A stretch of 64,000 nt of DNA. It comes from a virus (lineage: Duplodnaviria > Caudoviricetes). Shown piece after piece: positions 1 through 9,617 of the stretch. The first letter of the stretch is position 1, and every line of letters starts with the position of its first letter. Below the pieces are notes generated by a model that did no database searches, was not told where the DNA came from, and saw nothing but the letters and a program-made list of their open reading frames with translations. The stretch covers positions 20,581 to 84,580 of the IMG/VR virus record IMGVR_UViG_3300009095_000014. The stretch is one strand, 5' to 3'. Made by a program: the position numbers and the translations under genes.

Positions 1-1082
1 CTGAAGGATTCCGCTTGCGTGCCCGTATGGTCCACCCGGAAGGAGACAAAGTCCCCACCGACCCGGCGAGTAGCGCGCAGGTAATCCTTAAAGCTGGTGG
101 CTCGGGAAGCGTCATCAGATTCGGGCAGACCCGGCTCAGGCTTGCTCACCGATTGCTCGGGGTCGTCACTCTCGGCAAGACCGTCCGGTGAGTTGAGGTA
201 CAACTCCATGTACTCTTCGATGCTGATGTTGGACAGTTTGCTCACTGCCTGCTTGGCATCCCACGACTGGATGTTTCGAATCACTTCACGCGCTGACACG
301 TTACGTTTGGACGCTTCGTTTTCGATGGATTCGTAGAACGAGTCTGCCAACCGCTGTGCGCGGGTGGAGAGGGAGAAGATGTCGATACCACCATCGGCAC
401 GGTAGATCGACGGGTCCATTTTGTGGAACAGAGCGGCTTCATCATAATCGGGACTTTCGCCATCGTAATACACCATCCCCAGTTCTTCGGTCATCACCCG
501 TGGTACCAACCCGAGGTTCACCCCGATGGCGTTACTCATGGTCGACACCGCTTGCCAGTACAGGAACATGGTCGGCTTGAGCGAGTAGTAGCGACTGGCT
601 GGGCGGTTGATCATAAAACGGATCAACTTGGCTACCGCTAGGATCGGTTGCAATCCCATCGACAGGATCGTACCAGTGGTCTTACCCAAATAGAAGAAAG
701 TCGACAGTCCCCGGCCCTCGTTGGCCAAGGTGGCAGCTTCCACGTTATAGAAGTCCCCGAAGAAGCGGGTCAGGCTGTTAAAGCGCGGGACACCCACGCG
801 GAAGTGCACCACTTGTTTGTTGTCGTCAATGACCTCGCTGTACCAGCGCCCCATGCCATCACCCGGCGTGTAACTACTCTTGTGGCGAATGTCAGTGTAG
901 CGACTGGGTTGTGGGAAGGGATTAAGGACGAAGTTACCACCCAAGGTGGTGTCGGTGAATTTCTGAGCCGAGGTGGTGTACAGGCGCCGCAGCACGTCGT
1001 ACTCCACATCGATCCCTTCGGTGGGCAGGAGGAACGATTGGCGAATCCAACTCGTGTCCTTGGGTTTCTTTTCCGTTGACAT
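1..1082 (-). CDS. Tail/baseplate structural protein (phiKZ gp182-like by position), truncated by window edge
   Basis: Hand-translated open frame from ATG at 1082 (MSTEKKPKDTSWIRQSFLLP...DTTLGGNFVLNP...) runs off the left edge; lies directly downstream of the tape-measure gene. Confidence 0.7.
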   Translation of the reverse strand, partial: MSTEKKPKDTSWIRQSFLLPTEGIDVEYDVLRRLYTTSAQKFTDTTLGGNFVLNPFPQPSRYTDIRHKSSYTPGDGMGRWYSEVIDDNKQVVHFRVGVPRFNSLTRFFGDFYNVEAATLANEGRGLSTFFYLGKTTGTILSMGLQPILAVAKLIRFMINRPASRYYSLKPTMFLYWQAVSTMSNAIGVNLGLVPRVMTEELGMVYYDGESPDYDEAALFHKMDPSIYRADGGIDIFSLSTRAQRLADSFYESIENEASKRNVSAREVIRNIQSWDAKQAVSKLSNISIEEYMELYLNSPDGLAESDDPEQSVSKPEPGLPESDDASRATSFKDYLRATRRVGGDFVSFRVDHTGTQAESF

Positions 1083-1094
1083 AACGTCCATCCG

Positions 1095-1121
1095 AATAAA
1101 GAGGGGGACCGAAGTCCCCCT
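1095..1121 (-). terminator. Intrinsic terminator after tape-measure gene
   Basis: Minus strand AGGGGGAC-TTCG-GTCCCCCT followed by CTTTATT. Confidence 0.7.
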
Positions 1122-1127
1122 ATCAAG

Positions 1128-4100
1128 TTACGCCCGGTTGCGGGACATGGCCACCGGAACTTGACGTTCCGATGCGGGTCGATTGGGTAGGTAGAGTTCG
1201 TCAGGCGAAGCGGCTTTAGCCACATCGCGATCCTTCTCCTTGCCAACGAACTGACCGATCAACTCGACCAGTTGCGCGAGGCGTGCATCCATCGACGTCT
1301 GCACACTGACAGACTTGCCAGTCTCGTCAACCACCGCTGACAGGTTTTCGTTCATAGCATCATTGTTCACCGCCAGTTGCTTCTCGACGGCTTCTCTGTG
1401 ACGCTGGTTTCCAGCAGCGGCCACCAGATCCGAACTGACCGCAGGGGCTGCCGAGGCGACGTCAGTGACCTGACTGCTCTGGGCATCTGCGGCTCCGGCT
1501 TTCTTCAACGCCAGCTTGGCTGCTTGGGCACGGTACATCGCCTTGTCAACGGCTGAGTTACTGCCGTTACGCGACTTGACCAGCAGGTCTTGGACTTCAG
1601 GGTCATTCGAATCTTCCGGACGAACATTCCCCGAGGTCACCACTGATGTAACCGAACCACCGTCCACCGTGGCACTGGTCGACTCCGTCACCGCCACATC
1701 GGCGCCAGTGCCCGCCGTCAAGTCGTGTTGCCGTGCGCCCTTGGCAAGCTTCTGGGCGAACAGCTCGTAGACCTGTGCAACGGTACGCGGCACCCCTGAA
1801 GAGGTGTAGAAGATCGACTGGTTAGCCTTGGCGGCACCCGGTGTGACGTGCTTGATCGCCGGATCATTGCTCGGGGCCTTGAGGAACCGCTTAGCCCCAG
1901 CTGGACCGAGGAAGTGCGCCAAGTACAGGTCGGTCTCGGTAACCGGGCGACCAATGCCCTTGAGCGCGTCGGCGTTTTCCTTCAGGTACTCCATGCCCAT
2001 CAACGATGAGGCCCGTGCGTCGGTCTGAGGCGTACCCGGATCAATCCCGTACTTCGCCCCGTACTTCTGCAACATGGTTTTCCACGTGCTGTCGATGAAC
2101 TGGAACAGGCCACTGGCACTGCTGGTCGCTGCCTTGATACCCGGACGGAACGCCGATTCCACCGCTGCGATGGTCGCTGCAATCGCCGGGTCAAACCCGA
2201 CCATCTTGGCTGCACCGACAATGGTGTCTTTCACCGCCGCCCAACCCGAACCGGCAGCATCGGGGATCTGGTCTATCAAACCACCAACCCCACGACCTAC
2301 CGCTCGGATCGCCTGACCGGCTCCGGAGATCACCCCAGCACCGACTGCACCGACGGCATTGGCCGCCATGCCCAGCCGACCTCCGGTCATGTCGTTCGCT
2401 GTCTGAGCAGCAGACTTGACCATGTCCATCCCGGCACTTGCTGTAGACTTCAACCAGTCCCAACCGGACTTGAGCTTATCCTTAGCTGTACCGGCGATGT
2501 CCTTCGCCTTGTCCCACGCATTTGCCAAACCTTCCTTGGAACGCTCGTACAGGGACTTCTCTGCCGGATCAGTGATCTTCTTATCCTTGGTATCGGTACC
2601 GATACTGTCAATGTTGGCCAGTGCACTTTCCCGCGTACTGGTTGCCACACTGTCCGCCCATGGGGAGAGCGGAATCGACCACACCGAAATGGACTTACCG
2701 TCCACGATACCTTGGGCTTCAATCACCGCCATCAGCACCGCCTTGAGCTTTTCATTGCTCAGCTTGGACTCGGCTTGGTAGACTTCAATGTCACCTTGTG
2801 CCTTCACCGCCGTGCAGTACGAGAGGAACACCGGAATGAACCGGGTGTTGAACCACGCCAGCCACTTGGACTTGCTCTCCGGAGAGATCAGTTCAAAGGT
2901 CCCGGCAAACCGATCCAACATCGTGACATCGCTGCCCTTGAACGTGGCCATGCCTTGCTGATACGTGACCAACTTGAGCACTTCCAATTCCAACTGCATC
3001 AGGGCGCGTATGCGACTCTGTTCCAGAACACCCAGGCCATACGCCTTGATCCGCACCAGCTGACCCACAGACAACTTGGAGTAGCTGTCCTTATCGCCAA
3101 GTAGCCAGTTCATGGCACTGGTACCCCAGCTCGAACCGAAGCCGAGGGTCACCGTACCGAGGGCCACATCCAACCCCTTGGCCGTCCATTTCTTCCAGCC
3201 TTGCAGGGTGGTCTCTTCTTTGAGGTTGAAGGTCCGACCCGACGGGTCCAGCACCGATTGGCTTTCCGTGATAACCTTGTTGCCTTGGATACCCGTCTTG
3301 CCATCGGCGGACACGGTGCCCTTCTGCTGGGGCTTTTCTTTGTCCTTGAACTCAGCGTAGGCTTCCTTGACCCACTTGGCAATCTGTTCCGGACCTTGGG
3401 TTAGCGGCTCGTCTTCAAGCGGACTGGTGAGGTCGGTAAAGTCATGCGGTCCCGTCAGTGTCTTCACCCGGTCAATGTAGTCCGAGGCTTTCTCTTTCGG
3501 GATCATCTTGTCCAGCTTCTTCAGGGTGCGTTCACCCGTAATGGAGTGGTAGACCGTGGCATGATGTTCGAAGGTCGGACGGAAACGGTTCTCGTACCAC
3601 TGGAGCCAGTTGCGCATGCGCAGTTCCGATTCCTCAGACTTGTCTTCCAGATTGATGTCGAAGATATCCAGGGCATCTTTAAGGTCGACTTTGCTGCCGG
3701 CAATGCGCGTGCCTTTGGCCGACCAGTGGGTTTCCTTTTCCACCATGGCTTCCAACTTGACCATCTTGTTGACCAGACCGGTGTCTTCAGGATCGACACC
3801 GTACTGAGCCATGCGGATGCAGGTCAATGGATCAGGTTTCCGGGTGAACCACTGGTAGACCTCGTACGCTGTGTAGGCTACGCCGGCCGCCGCCAGCATC
3901 GTACCGATCGCCGGTGCACCCAGTACCGTGGCCGCGCCACCGAGGACTGCGCCAGCACCCCTCATCAACAGCTTACCGCCGACGAAGCGTGCACCGTGTC
4001 CGAGCGCGGAGCCTGCACCACGGACCAAGCCTTTCTTACCGGCTTTCTTGGCCGCTTCCGCTGCGGCCTTTTTGGCGTTCTTTGCAGCTTGGTTGTTGAA

Positions 4101-7100
4101 CTTCGGCGACTTCAGCTTCTTCCCTTTCTTTTTATTTTTGCCGTCACGGTCCAGGTCCGGGACATCGCTGTTAGAGAAGATGTCCTTGATCGTCCCTGCT
4201 GCACTGGCCGCTGCCTTACCACCGGCCAGTGCCATCAGGAAGCCCTTGATCGCCGCAAAACCCGTCCCGATCGTCCCGATCAGTCCGGTGATGCCGGTAA
4301 TCGCCATCGGAAGCAAATTGGTCAGGAACCCCATGATGCTCCAATTGCGCTTCTTCCCATCCGGTCCCACGGTAGTGACTTTATCGTCCTTCTTGCGGTT
4401 GCGCTGTTCCATCCAGGAACCGATGCGGGTCTTCTTCACTTTGGCTTTTGGATCGAGGTACTTCAGGATCTGGGTCTGCACAGCCAGCTGCGAATGCAGC
4501 AGGGTGATGCCGTCTTCCCCAAAGTTACCGGTCAGTCGAACGGTTTCGATACCAAAGCCGCGCTTGATGAAGTTACCGATCGAACGGGACATCCGTGAGG
4601 CAATGGCGCCGCCAATTCGCATCGGAGCGGTGAGCATCCGCGCTGCACCCGCCGCCGCATCGAACAGGCTACCGACCATGTTACCACCGGCACCAAAGAT
4701 CTTGTCGGTGATGGTCGTCAGTCGTTCTTTGTTCAGGGCGCGCAGCCCACCGGCCGCTTTCAGTTCCTCGGCGGTCACCACCACCCGACCCCAACGGTCC
4801 GTTACCGTACCTTTGATGTCCTTGTAAGACTTGATGACCTTCCCGGTAGCCTGATCGAGGTAGCCACCATCACGCATGATGTTTGCCACGATACGCGGGG
4901 ACTTCTCGCCGACGAGGTAACCGTCTTTGAGCTTACGCCATTGCGTGGCGATACCACCGCCGACGTTACCTAGCAAGCCGCCCACTGCGCGGAATGGACT
5001 GGTGGTCACGTCCTTGGCGAACTGACCTGCAAAACTGGACATCTTCAACCACAGTGGTTTACCCTTGGAGTCACGCAATCCTTCGGCGTATTCCTTGGCC
5101 GTGATGATGATGTTGCCAGCCTTGTCACGGACTTCCCCGGTGATGTCTTCCCATCGCTCGATCCACTTGCCCGACTGGACATCGAAGTACTCTTTGGCTT
5201 TGAGCTTATTCGTTTCCAGCTTGGTCAACAGGTTTTCGCGCAGACGCTTGGCATTAGTCTTGGTCTCGGTCAGCTTCTTGCCAACCCAGCCAGTCAGGGT
5301 CGCCATCTTAGGCAGGGCAAACCCGGCCAGTTTGAACGAGCCGGTACCGAGCTTCTTGTAGAGACTCCCCATGCCTTTTATGTACCCTCCAGCACCCTTA
5401 ACCAATCCCTTTGCGCTGCCGGAGATCTCCTTGAACACCCCTCGGTCAAAGCGACCGAAGAAGCCGCTCATCTTTTCGCCGATCTTCTGGCGAATCGAAT
5501 CGGGAGCGCCAGCCCCAGCACCGAAGTTGGCACTGGTCAGGACATCACGGATGGCCATCAACAGCTGTGAATTCTCTTGACGGTACTCGGCGAAGTTGCC
5601 GGTACCGCTGAGGATGGCTTCCTTAATGGCCACCAGTTCCGCATGTACTGGCGACTGGAACGACAGGTACTTGTTCAGAGCACTGTCACTGATGTTCGCA
5701 CCACGGGCAGCTTTCTTGGTGTCGCGCATGTTCTCCATTTCCTTGAGAACCGCACGCATCTTGCCGGATATGCCATCGTCACGGCTGAACAACCCGCGCT
5801 TACCACCGGTAGCCGATGCTTGACTGGCAGTCACTTCATCGTCAACGTCATCCTCGTCATCCATGAAGCGTGCACCGGCCCGTTCCTTGTTCAGGGCCTG
5901 AATACGCATCATGTGCTCAGTGCGCGATTCACCCGGCAAGGCTTGGTTGCGGTTAGCCCAGCGGGACTTGAGGTCCATCTCTTCGTCGGTCAGCGCCCGT
6001 TCGTTGAGAATCAGGTTATCCAGCGCTTCCCGATCGATGACATCCTCACGACCCACCCGGCGGATCAACCCCATCTTACGCAAGGAGTCTTTACCAAACA
6101 CATCCACCACCGCACGAATACGGTCGTCAATGCCCGGCATGTAGTCCTTGAGCTTGGAGGCTTGCGCCTTGAGGTCAACGATCTTGGTGCGGTTCTCCGT
6201 GGTCTGGCTGGTGTGGAACTTGCCATCCGGGTCGAGATCGAATTCATCCGTGAAGAACTGAATGAGTTCGTTTTGCACCTCTTCACTGACCCCGGTCCAG
6301 GACTGACGCTGAGCGTAATCTTCCGGTGAGAAGTCAATGCCCGATTGGGTGTCACGCAACAGGCGCCGGCGGAAGGCCGCACGGGCTTCATCGGAAATGG
6401 GCTTACCGTTCAACGTCTTGTCAATGAAGGCATCCAGTTCCGACTTGGCGTTGATGTTTTCCTGACGGTCCGAGACGAACCGCTTCATGTCGTTGAGCAC
6501 CGACTTGGAGCCGGTCAACGTGCCGCGTTGCAGGTTGTATACCTGCATGTCGTCATCCACCTTCCCGGTGGCCGTGGCCTTGGTCCAGTGGGCGATGTGC
6601 GACAGGTAGGTTGGGATGACCTCAATGATCGACTTGCGGGTCAGGTTGTCGAAGATGGCCGGTTGGTCCATCTCCATCATGCCCTTACCACCGACCGAGT
6701 CATTCAGGCCGTAGCGCGGGATGGCGTCCTTGAACATCTGGGTAAAGAACGACCCGATACCCGTGCCTTTGGTTTCGCTGCGCGCATAGCGCATCATCCG
6801 CTCGGGGATGGCCGTGAACAGCTCACGCATTGCCAGGTTACCCTTGGCAATGTGCTTGTTCTTCCCGAGAATCGGCTTGAGCTTGTTGGCGCCCCATTGC
6901 GTGGCTTCGTCGAAGACCAAACTACCCAGCAGCGAACCGCTGTTGACCATCTTGTCACCGGGCATGCCGTTGTCCAACATCCCCGCCACCGAGTCCACAT
7001 GACCGAGGGCACCCTTAACCATGTTGGTCAGGTTACCCATCATGCGTTCACGGAAATCACGGGTGAAGTTGGCAATCGAGTTCAGGCCCGCTTCAGCCAT

Positions 7101-7925
7101 GCGCTGCTTGAGCAGCATACCGGCCATTTCGTGCTTCTGGATCTTGACCGCTTCCGGCAAGGCGGTGTTCTTTACCACCGACTCCAGCGCACCGATCATC
7201 TTCTCTTGGGCGACGTTGGTCACCGAGAGCAGGTCACGGGTAGCGAAGTAATGACGGAATTGCAGCTCCAGCGACTTCTGATGGTACTTCGACAGGATAC
7301 TGTCTTGGTAGCCCACCATCCGATCGATACCCTTGGCGATGACTTGCGCATTGCTGAGCAGGTCGTTTCGCTGTTTGGTTTCGATCTGGGTCTTGACCAT
7401 CTCCTCAGCCCGGTCTTGACTGCGCTGCTCTTGCTGCGCCTCCAGCTGGGTCTTGAAGATCTCACCGATCGCCGAGGTGATCTCGCTGTTTTCCGCTTCC
7501 TCTTTGCGGGCTTCTTCGGACTGATACCCGTCGTCACCCTGACCGAGGTTGTCAATCTTATTCTGCAACCAGCGCGGGAGCTTTTCCTTGGTCTTCGGGC
7601 TGATTTTACCAACGGCACCCTTAACCAGACCGGTCAGCGGTTTTAGTTCTTCGGCGGCGGTATTGTATAGCTCCTTGGCCGAAGACAGGGCGGTGTCCTT
7701 GGCGTTCAATGCCAAGGAATAACCCGGTGGCAGTGACAGACGTGCAATACGCTCCAGCTGCTTAGGGTTGGTCAGTTCGTCCTTTATACCTTCTTTAAAC
7801 CCTGCTGCCAGCTTGGTGGTAGGCTTGCGGTCATCGTTCTCGCCACCCCCATCAAAGTCGGGGATGTCGAAGTTTAAATCATCGTCAAAATCAAAATCGT
7901 CTAGGTCAAAACTATCATTGGCCAT
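1128..7925 (-). CDS. Tail tape-measure-like protein with C-terminal lytic transglycosylase domain (phiKZ gp181-like)
   Basis: 2265 aa; SLT motifs IAAVESAF and SASGLFQFIDSTW, plus YLAHFLG; central hydrophobic segments; divergent from the vRNAP genes. Confidence 0.9.
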   Translation of the reverse strand: MANDSFDLDDFDFDDDLNFDIPDFDGGGENDDRKPTTKLAAGFKEGIKDELTNPKQLERIARLSLPPGYSLALNAKDTALSSAKELYNTAAEELKPLTGLVKGAVGKISPKTKEKLPRWLQNKIDNLGQGDDGYQSEEARKEEAENSEITSAIGEIFKTQLEAQQEQRSQDRAEEMVKTQIETKQRNDLLSNAQVIAKGIDRMVGYQDSILSKYHQKSLELQFRHYFATRDLLSVTNVAQEKMIGALESVVKNTALPEAVKIQKHEMAGMLLKQRMAEAGLNSIANFTRDFRERMMGNLTNMVKGALGHVDSVAGMLDNGMPGDKMVNSGSLLGSLVFDEATQWGANKLKPILGKNKHIAKGNLAMRELFTAIPERMMRYARSETKGTGIGSFFTQMFKDAIPRYGLNDSVGGKGMMEMDQPAIFDNLTRKSIIEVIPTYLSHIAHWTKATATGKVDDDMQVYNLQRGTLTGSKSVLNDMKRFVSDRQENINAKSELDAFIDKTLNGKPISDEARAAFRRRLLRDTQSGIDFSPEDYAQRQSWTGVSEEVQNELIQFFTDEFDLDPDGKFHTSQTTENRTKIVDLKAQASKLKDYMPGIDDRIRAVVDVFGKDSLRKMGLIRRVGREDVIDREALDNLILNERALTDEEMDLKSRWANRNQALPGESRTEHMMRIQALNKERAGARFMDDEDDVDDEVTASQASATGGKRGLFSRDDGISGKMRAVLKEMENMRDTKKAARGANISDSALNKYLSFQSPVHAELVAIKEAILSGTGNFAEYRQENSQLLMAIRDVLTSANFGAGAGAPDSIRQKIGEKMSGFFGRFDRGVFKEISGSAKGLVKGAGGYIKGMGSLYKKLGTGSFKLAGFALPKMATLTGWVGKKLTETKTNAKRLRENLLTKLETNKLKAKEYFDVQSGKWIERWEDITGEVRDKAGNIIITAKEYAEGLRDSKGKPLWLKMSSFAGQFAKDVTTSPFRAVGGLLGNVGGGIATQWRKLKDGYLVGEKSPRIVANIMRDGGYLDQATGKVIKSYKDIKGTVTDRWGRVVVTAEELKAAGGLRALNKERLTTITDKIFGAGGNMVGSLFDAAAGAARMLTAPMRIGGAIASRMSRSIGNFIKRGFGIETVRLTGNFGEDGITLLHSQLAVQTQILKYLDPKAKVKKTRIGSWMEQRNRKKDDKVTTVGPDGKKRNWSIMGFLTNLLPMAITGITGLIGTIGTGFAAIKGFLMALAGGKAAASAAGTIKDIFSNSDVPDLDRDGKNKKKGKKLKSPKFNNQAAKNAKKAAAEAAKKAGKKGLVRGAGSALGHGARFVGGKLLMRGAGAVLGGAATVLGAPAIGTMLAAAGVAYTAYEVYQWFTRKPDPLTCIRMAQYGVDPEDTGLVNKMVKLEAMVEKETHWSAKGTRIAGSKVDLKDALDIFDINLEDKSEESELRMRNWLQWYENRFRPTFEHHATVYHSITGERTLKKLDKMIPKEKASDYIDRVKTLTGPHDFTDLTSPLEDEPLTQGPEQIAKWVKEAYAEFKDKEKPQQKGTVSADGKTGIQGNKVITESQSVLDPSGRTFNLKEETTLQGWKKWTAKGLDVALGTVTLGFGSSWGTSAMNWLLGDKDSYSKLSVGQLVRIKAYGLGVLEQSRIRALMQLELEVLKLVTYQQGMATFKGSDVTMLDRFAGTFELISPESKSKWLAWFNTRFIPVFLSYCTAVKAQGDIEVYQAESKLSNEKLKAVLMAVIEAQGIVDGKSISVWSIPLSPWADSVATSTRESALANIDSIGTDTKDKKITDPAEKSLYERSKEGLANAWDKAKDIAGTAKDKLKSGWDWLKSTASAGMDMVKSAAQTANDMTGGRLGMAANAVGAVGAGVISGAGQAIRAVGRGVGGLIDQIPDAAGSGWAAVKDTIVGAAKMVGFDPAIAATIAAVESAFRPGIKAATSSASGLFQFIDSTWKTMLQKYGAKYGIDPGTPQTDARASSLMGMEYLKENADALKGIGRPVTETDLYLAHFLGPAGAKRFLKAPSNDPAIKHVTPGAAKANQSIFYTSSGVPRTVAQVYELFAQKLAKGARQHDLTAGTGADVAVTESTSATVDGGSVTSVVTSGNVRPEDSNDPEVQDLLVKSRNGSNSAVDKAMYRAQAAKLALKKAGAADAQSSQVTDVASAAPAVSSDLVAAAGNQRHREAVEKQLAVNNDAMNENLSAVVDETGKSVSVQTSMDARLAQLVELIGQFVGKEKDRDVAKAASPDELYLPNRPASERQVPVAMSRNRA

Positions 7926-7989
7926 GACGTCCCCCTATTTATGGTGGGTAGAAGAGTTCATACCAACGTCGAGTAAAGCGGAGTTTGCC

Positions 7990-9615
7990 GTGAATAAGAA
8001 AATGCTACCAACCACTCTCGGTCTGTTGCAATTGACCGATGACGTGGTGCGGTATATGAAGCCTGTGTCCAGTCTTGACATCTATGACGGGGCCACAAAG
8101 AACTTCCATGAGGAGGGTCTTTTCTCGGTGAGCATCTTCGGTCGTACCGGGACGGAACAGCGGGATCAGAACTTCTCGTATATCGATATCAAAGTGGCCA
8201 TCTTGCATCCGAAGATCTACTTGGACCTGGTACGCCTGAAGGGCCTTTACGGCGGCATCCTGAGCGGTCGGGAAACGGCCATCTGGGACCCGGCTCTGAA
8301 GGACTTTGTGTCAGACAGTAGTCCGAATGCCGGGACCGGCTATTCGTTCTTCATGCAGCACTTCAAGGACCTGTACTTCAAGCCCAACAAGAGCCCGGCG
8401 CGTCAACAGCGTATCGAACTGCTCAACCGATTCCGTAACCAAGCGACCACGTCGCGTATTGCGGTGATTCCTGCGGGTTTGCGTGACTTGGAAGTCGGTG
8501 CCGACGGTCGGGAGACCAAGGATGAGATCAATGACCTTTATTACCGGATGATCTCGATCAGCAACACCATCGCCCGTGGTCGGGACATGGAATCGTCGGT
8601 TTACGATATCTCTCGCTACCACCTGACCATGACCATGGTGGAAATCTACAACCTGCTCAAGCGCATGCTCGAAGGCAAGAAGGGGATCATCCTCGACAAG
8701 TGGGCGGGGCGTAAGATCACCCACGGAACGCGAAACGTAATTGCGGCGATGGACACCAGTGCTGATGTACTGGGTGCCCCGAATGCGCCAAGTTACGATT
8801 CGACGGTGGTGGGGTTGTTCCAATGTATCAAAGCGCTAACGCCGTTGACCATGCACTTCCTGAAGAATGGTTACATGGCTAACATCTTCGATAAGGGTGA
8901 GTCCAAGGTTCAGCTGATCAATAAAAAGACACTGCGTCGTGAATTGGTAAGCATCTCCCCCTTGACCCGCGATCGCTGGACCACCAAGGAGGGATTGCTC
9001 TCGGTAATCAACGCCTTCGTGGATGAAGAGGCCAGGCATCGTCCGGTCACTGCGGAAGGCTATTACGTGGCGCTGGTCTATAAGGCCCCTGGGGTCTTTA
9101 AGGTGTTCTACGACATCGCCGACCTGCCCGATGGTTTCGACCGTCAATATGTGCACCCCATGACTTTGGCAGAGCTGCTTTACCTGTCCGGCTATCGCCG
9201 GTGGAACTCCTACTTCTGGTCGACCACCCGTTACCCGGTGGCCGGTGACGACTCGATCTATTCGTCGCGTATTTACCTGAAGACCACCACGGTGGGACAG
9301 ATCCGCAAGGAACTGGGGGATGACTGGCAGCCCTTGGGTGATGAGTACATTGCCTACGAGTATCCAGACAGCAACAGCAATGCCTGGGTCAATACGCAGA
9401 ACCCTCACTCCAGTCGCCTGAAAGGCATGCAGGCCGACTTCGACGGTGACACCGGTTCGGGGACAGCCCTGATGACCGATGAGGCTTTGGAGGAAAACCG
9501 TCGGTACTTGGGCACCAAACGTGCATGGGTATCGGCCGATGGCAAGATGCGTGCCAGTGCCAAATATGACACCGTAGAGCTGGTAGTCCACAACTTGACA
9601 AGACAGTTGGTTTAA
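7990..9615 (+). CDS. Virion RNA polymerase beta'-like catalytic subunit (phiKZ gp180-like)
   Basis: QADFDGD catalytic motif; GKKG...KWAGRK and TRYPV motifs; likely start GTG 7990 or ATG 8002 (track start 7768 overlaps the opposite gene). Confidence 0.92.
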   Translation: MNKKMLPTTLGLLQLTDDVVRYMKPVSSLDIYDGATKNFHEEGLFSVSIFGRTGTEQRDQNFSYIDIKVAILHPKIYLDLVRLKGLYGGILSGRETAIWDPALKDFVSDSSPNAGTGYSFFMQHFKDLYFKPNKSPARQQRIELLNRFRNQATTSRIAVIPAGLRDLEVGADGRETKDEINDLYYRMISISNTIARGRDMESSVYDISRYHLTMTMVEIYNLLKRMLEGKKGIILDKWAGRKITHGTRNVIAAMDTSADVLGAPNAPSYDSTVVGLFQCIKALTPLTMHFLKNGYMANIFDKGESKVQLINKKTLRRELVSISPLTRDRWTTKEGLLSVINAFVDEEARHRPVTAEGYYVALVYKAPGVFKVFYDIADLPDGFDRQYVHPMTLAELLYLSGYRRWNSYFWSTTRYPVAGDDSIYSSRIYLKTTTVGQIRKELGDDWQPLGDEYIAYEYPDSNSNAWVNTQNPHSSRLKGMQADFDGDTGSGTALMTDEALEENRRYLGTKRAWVSADGKMRASAKYDTVELVVHNLTRQLV

Positions 9616-9617
9616 CA

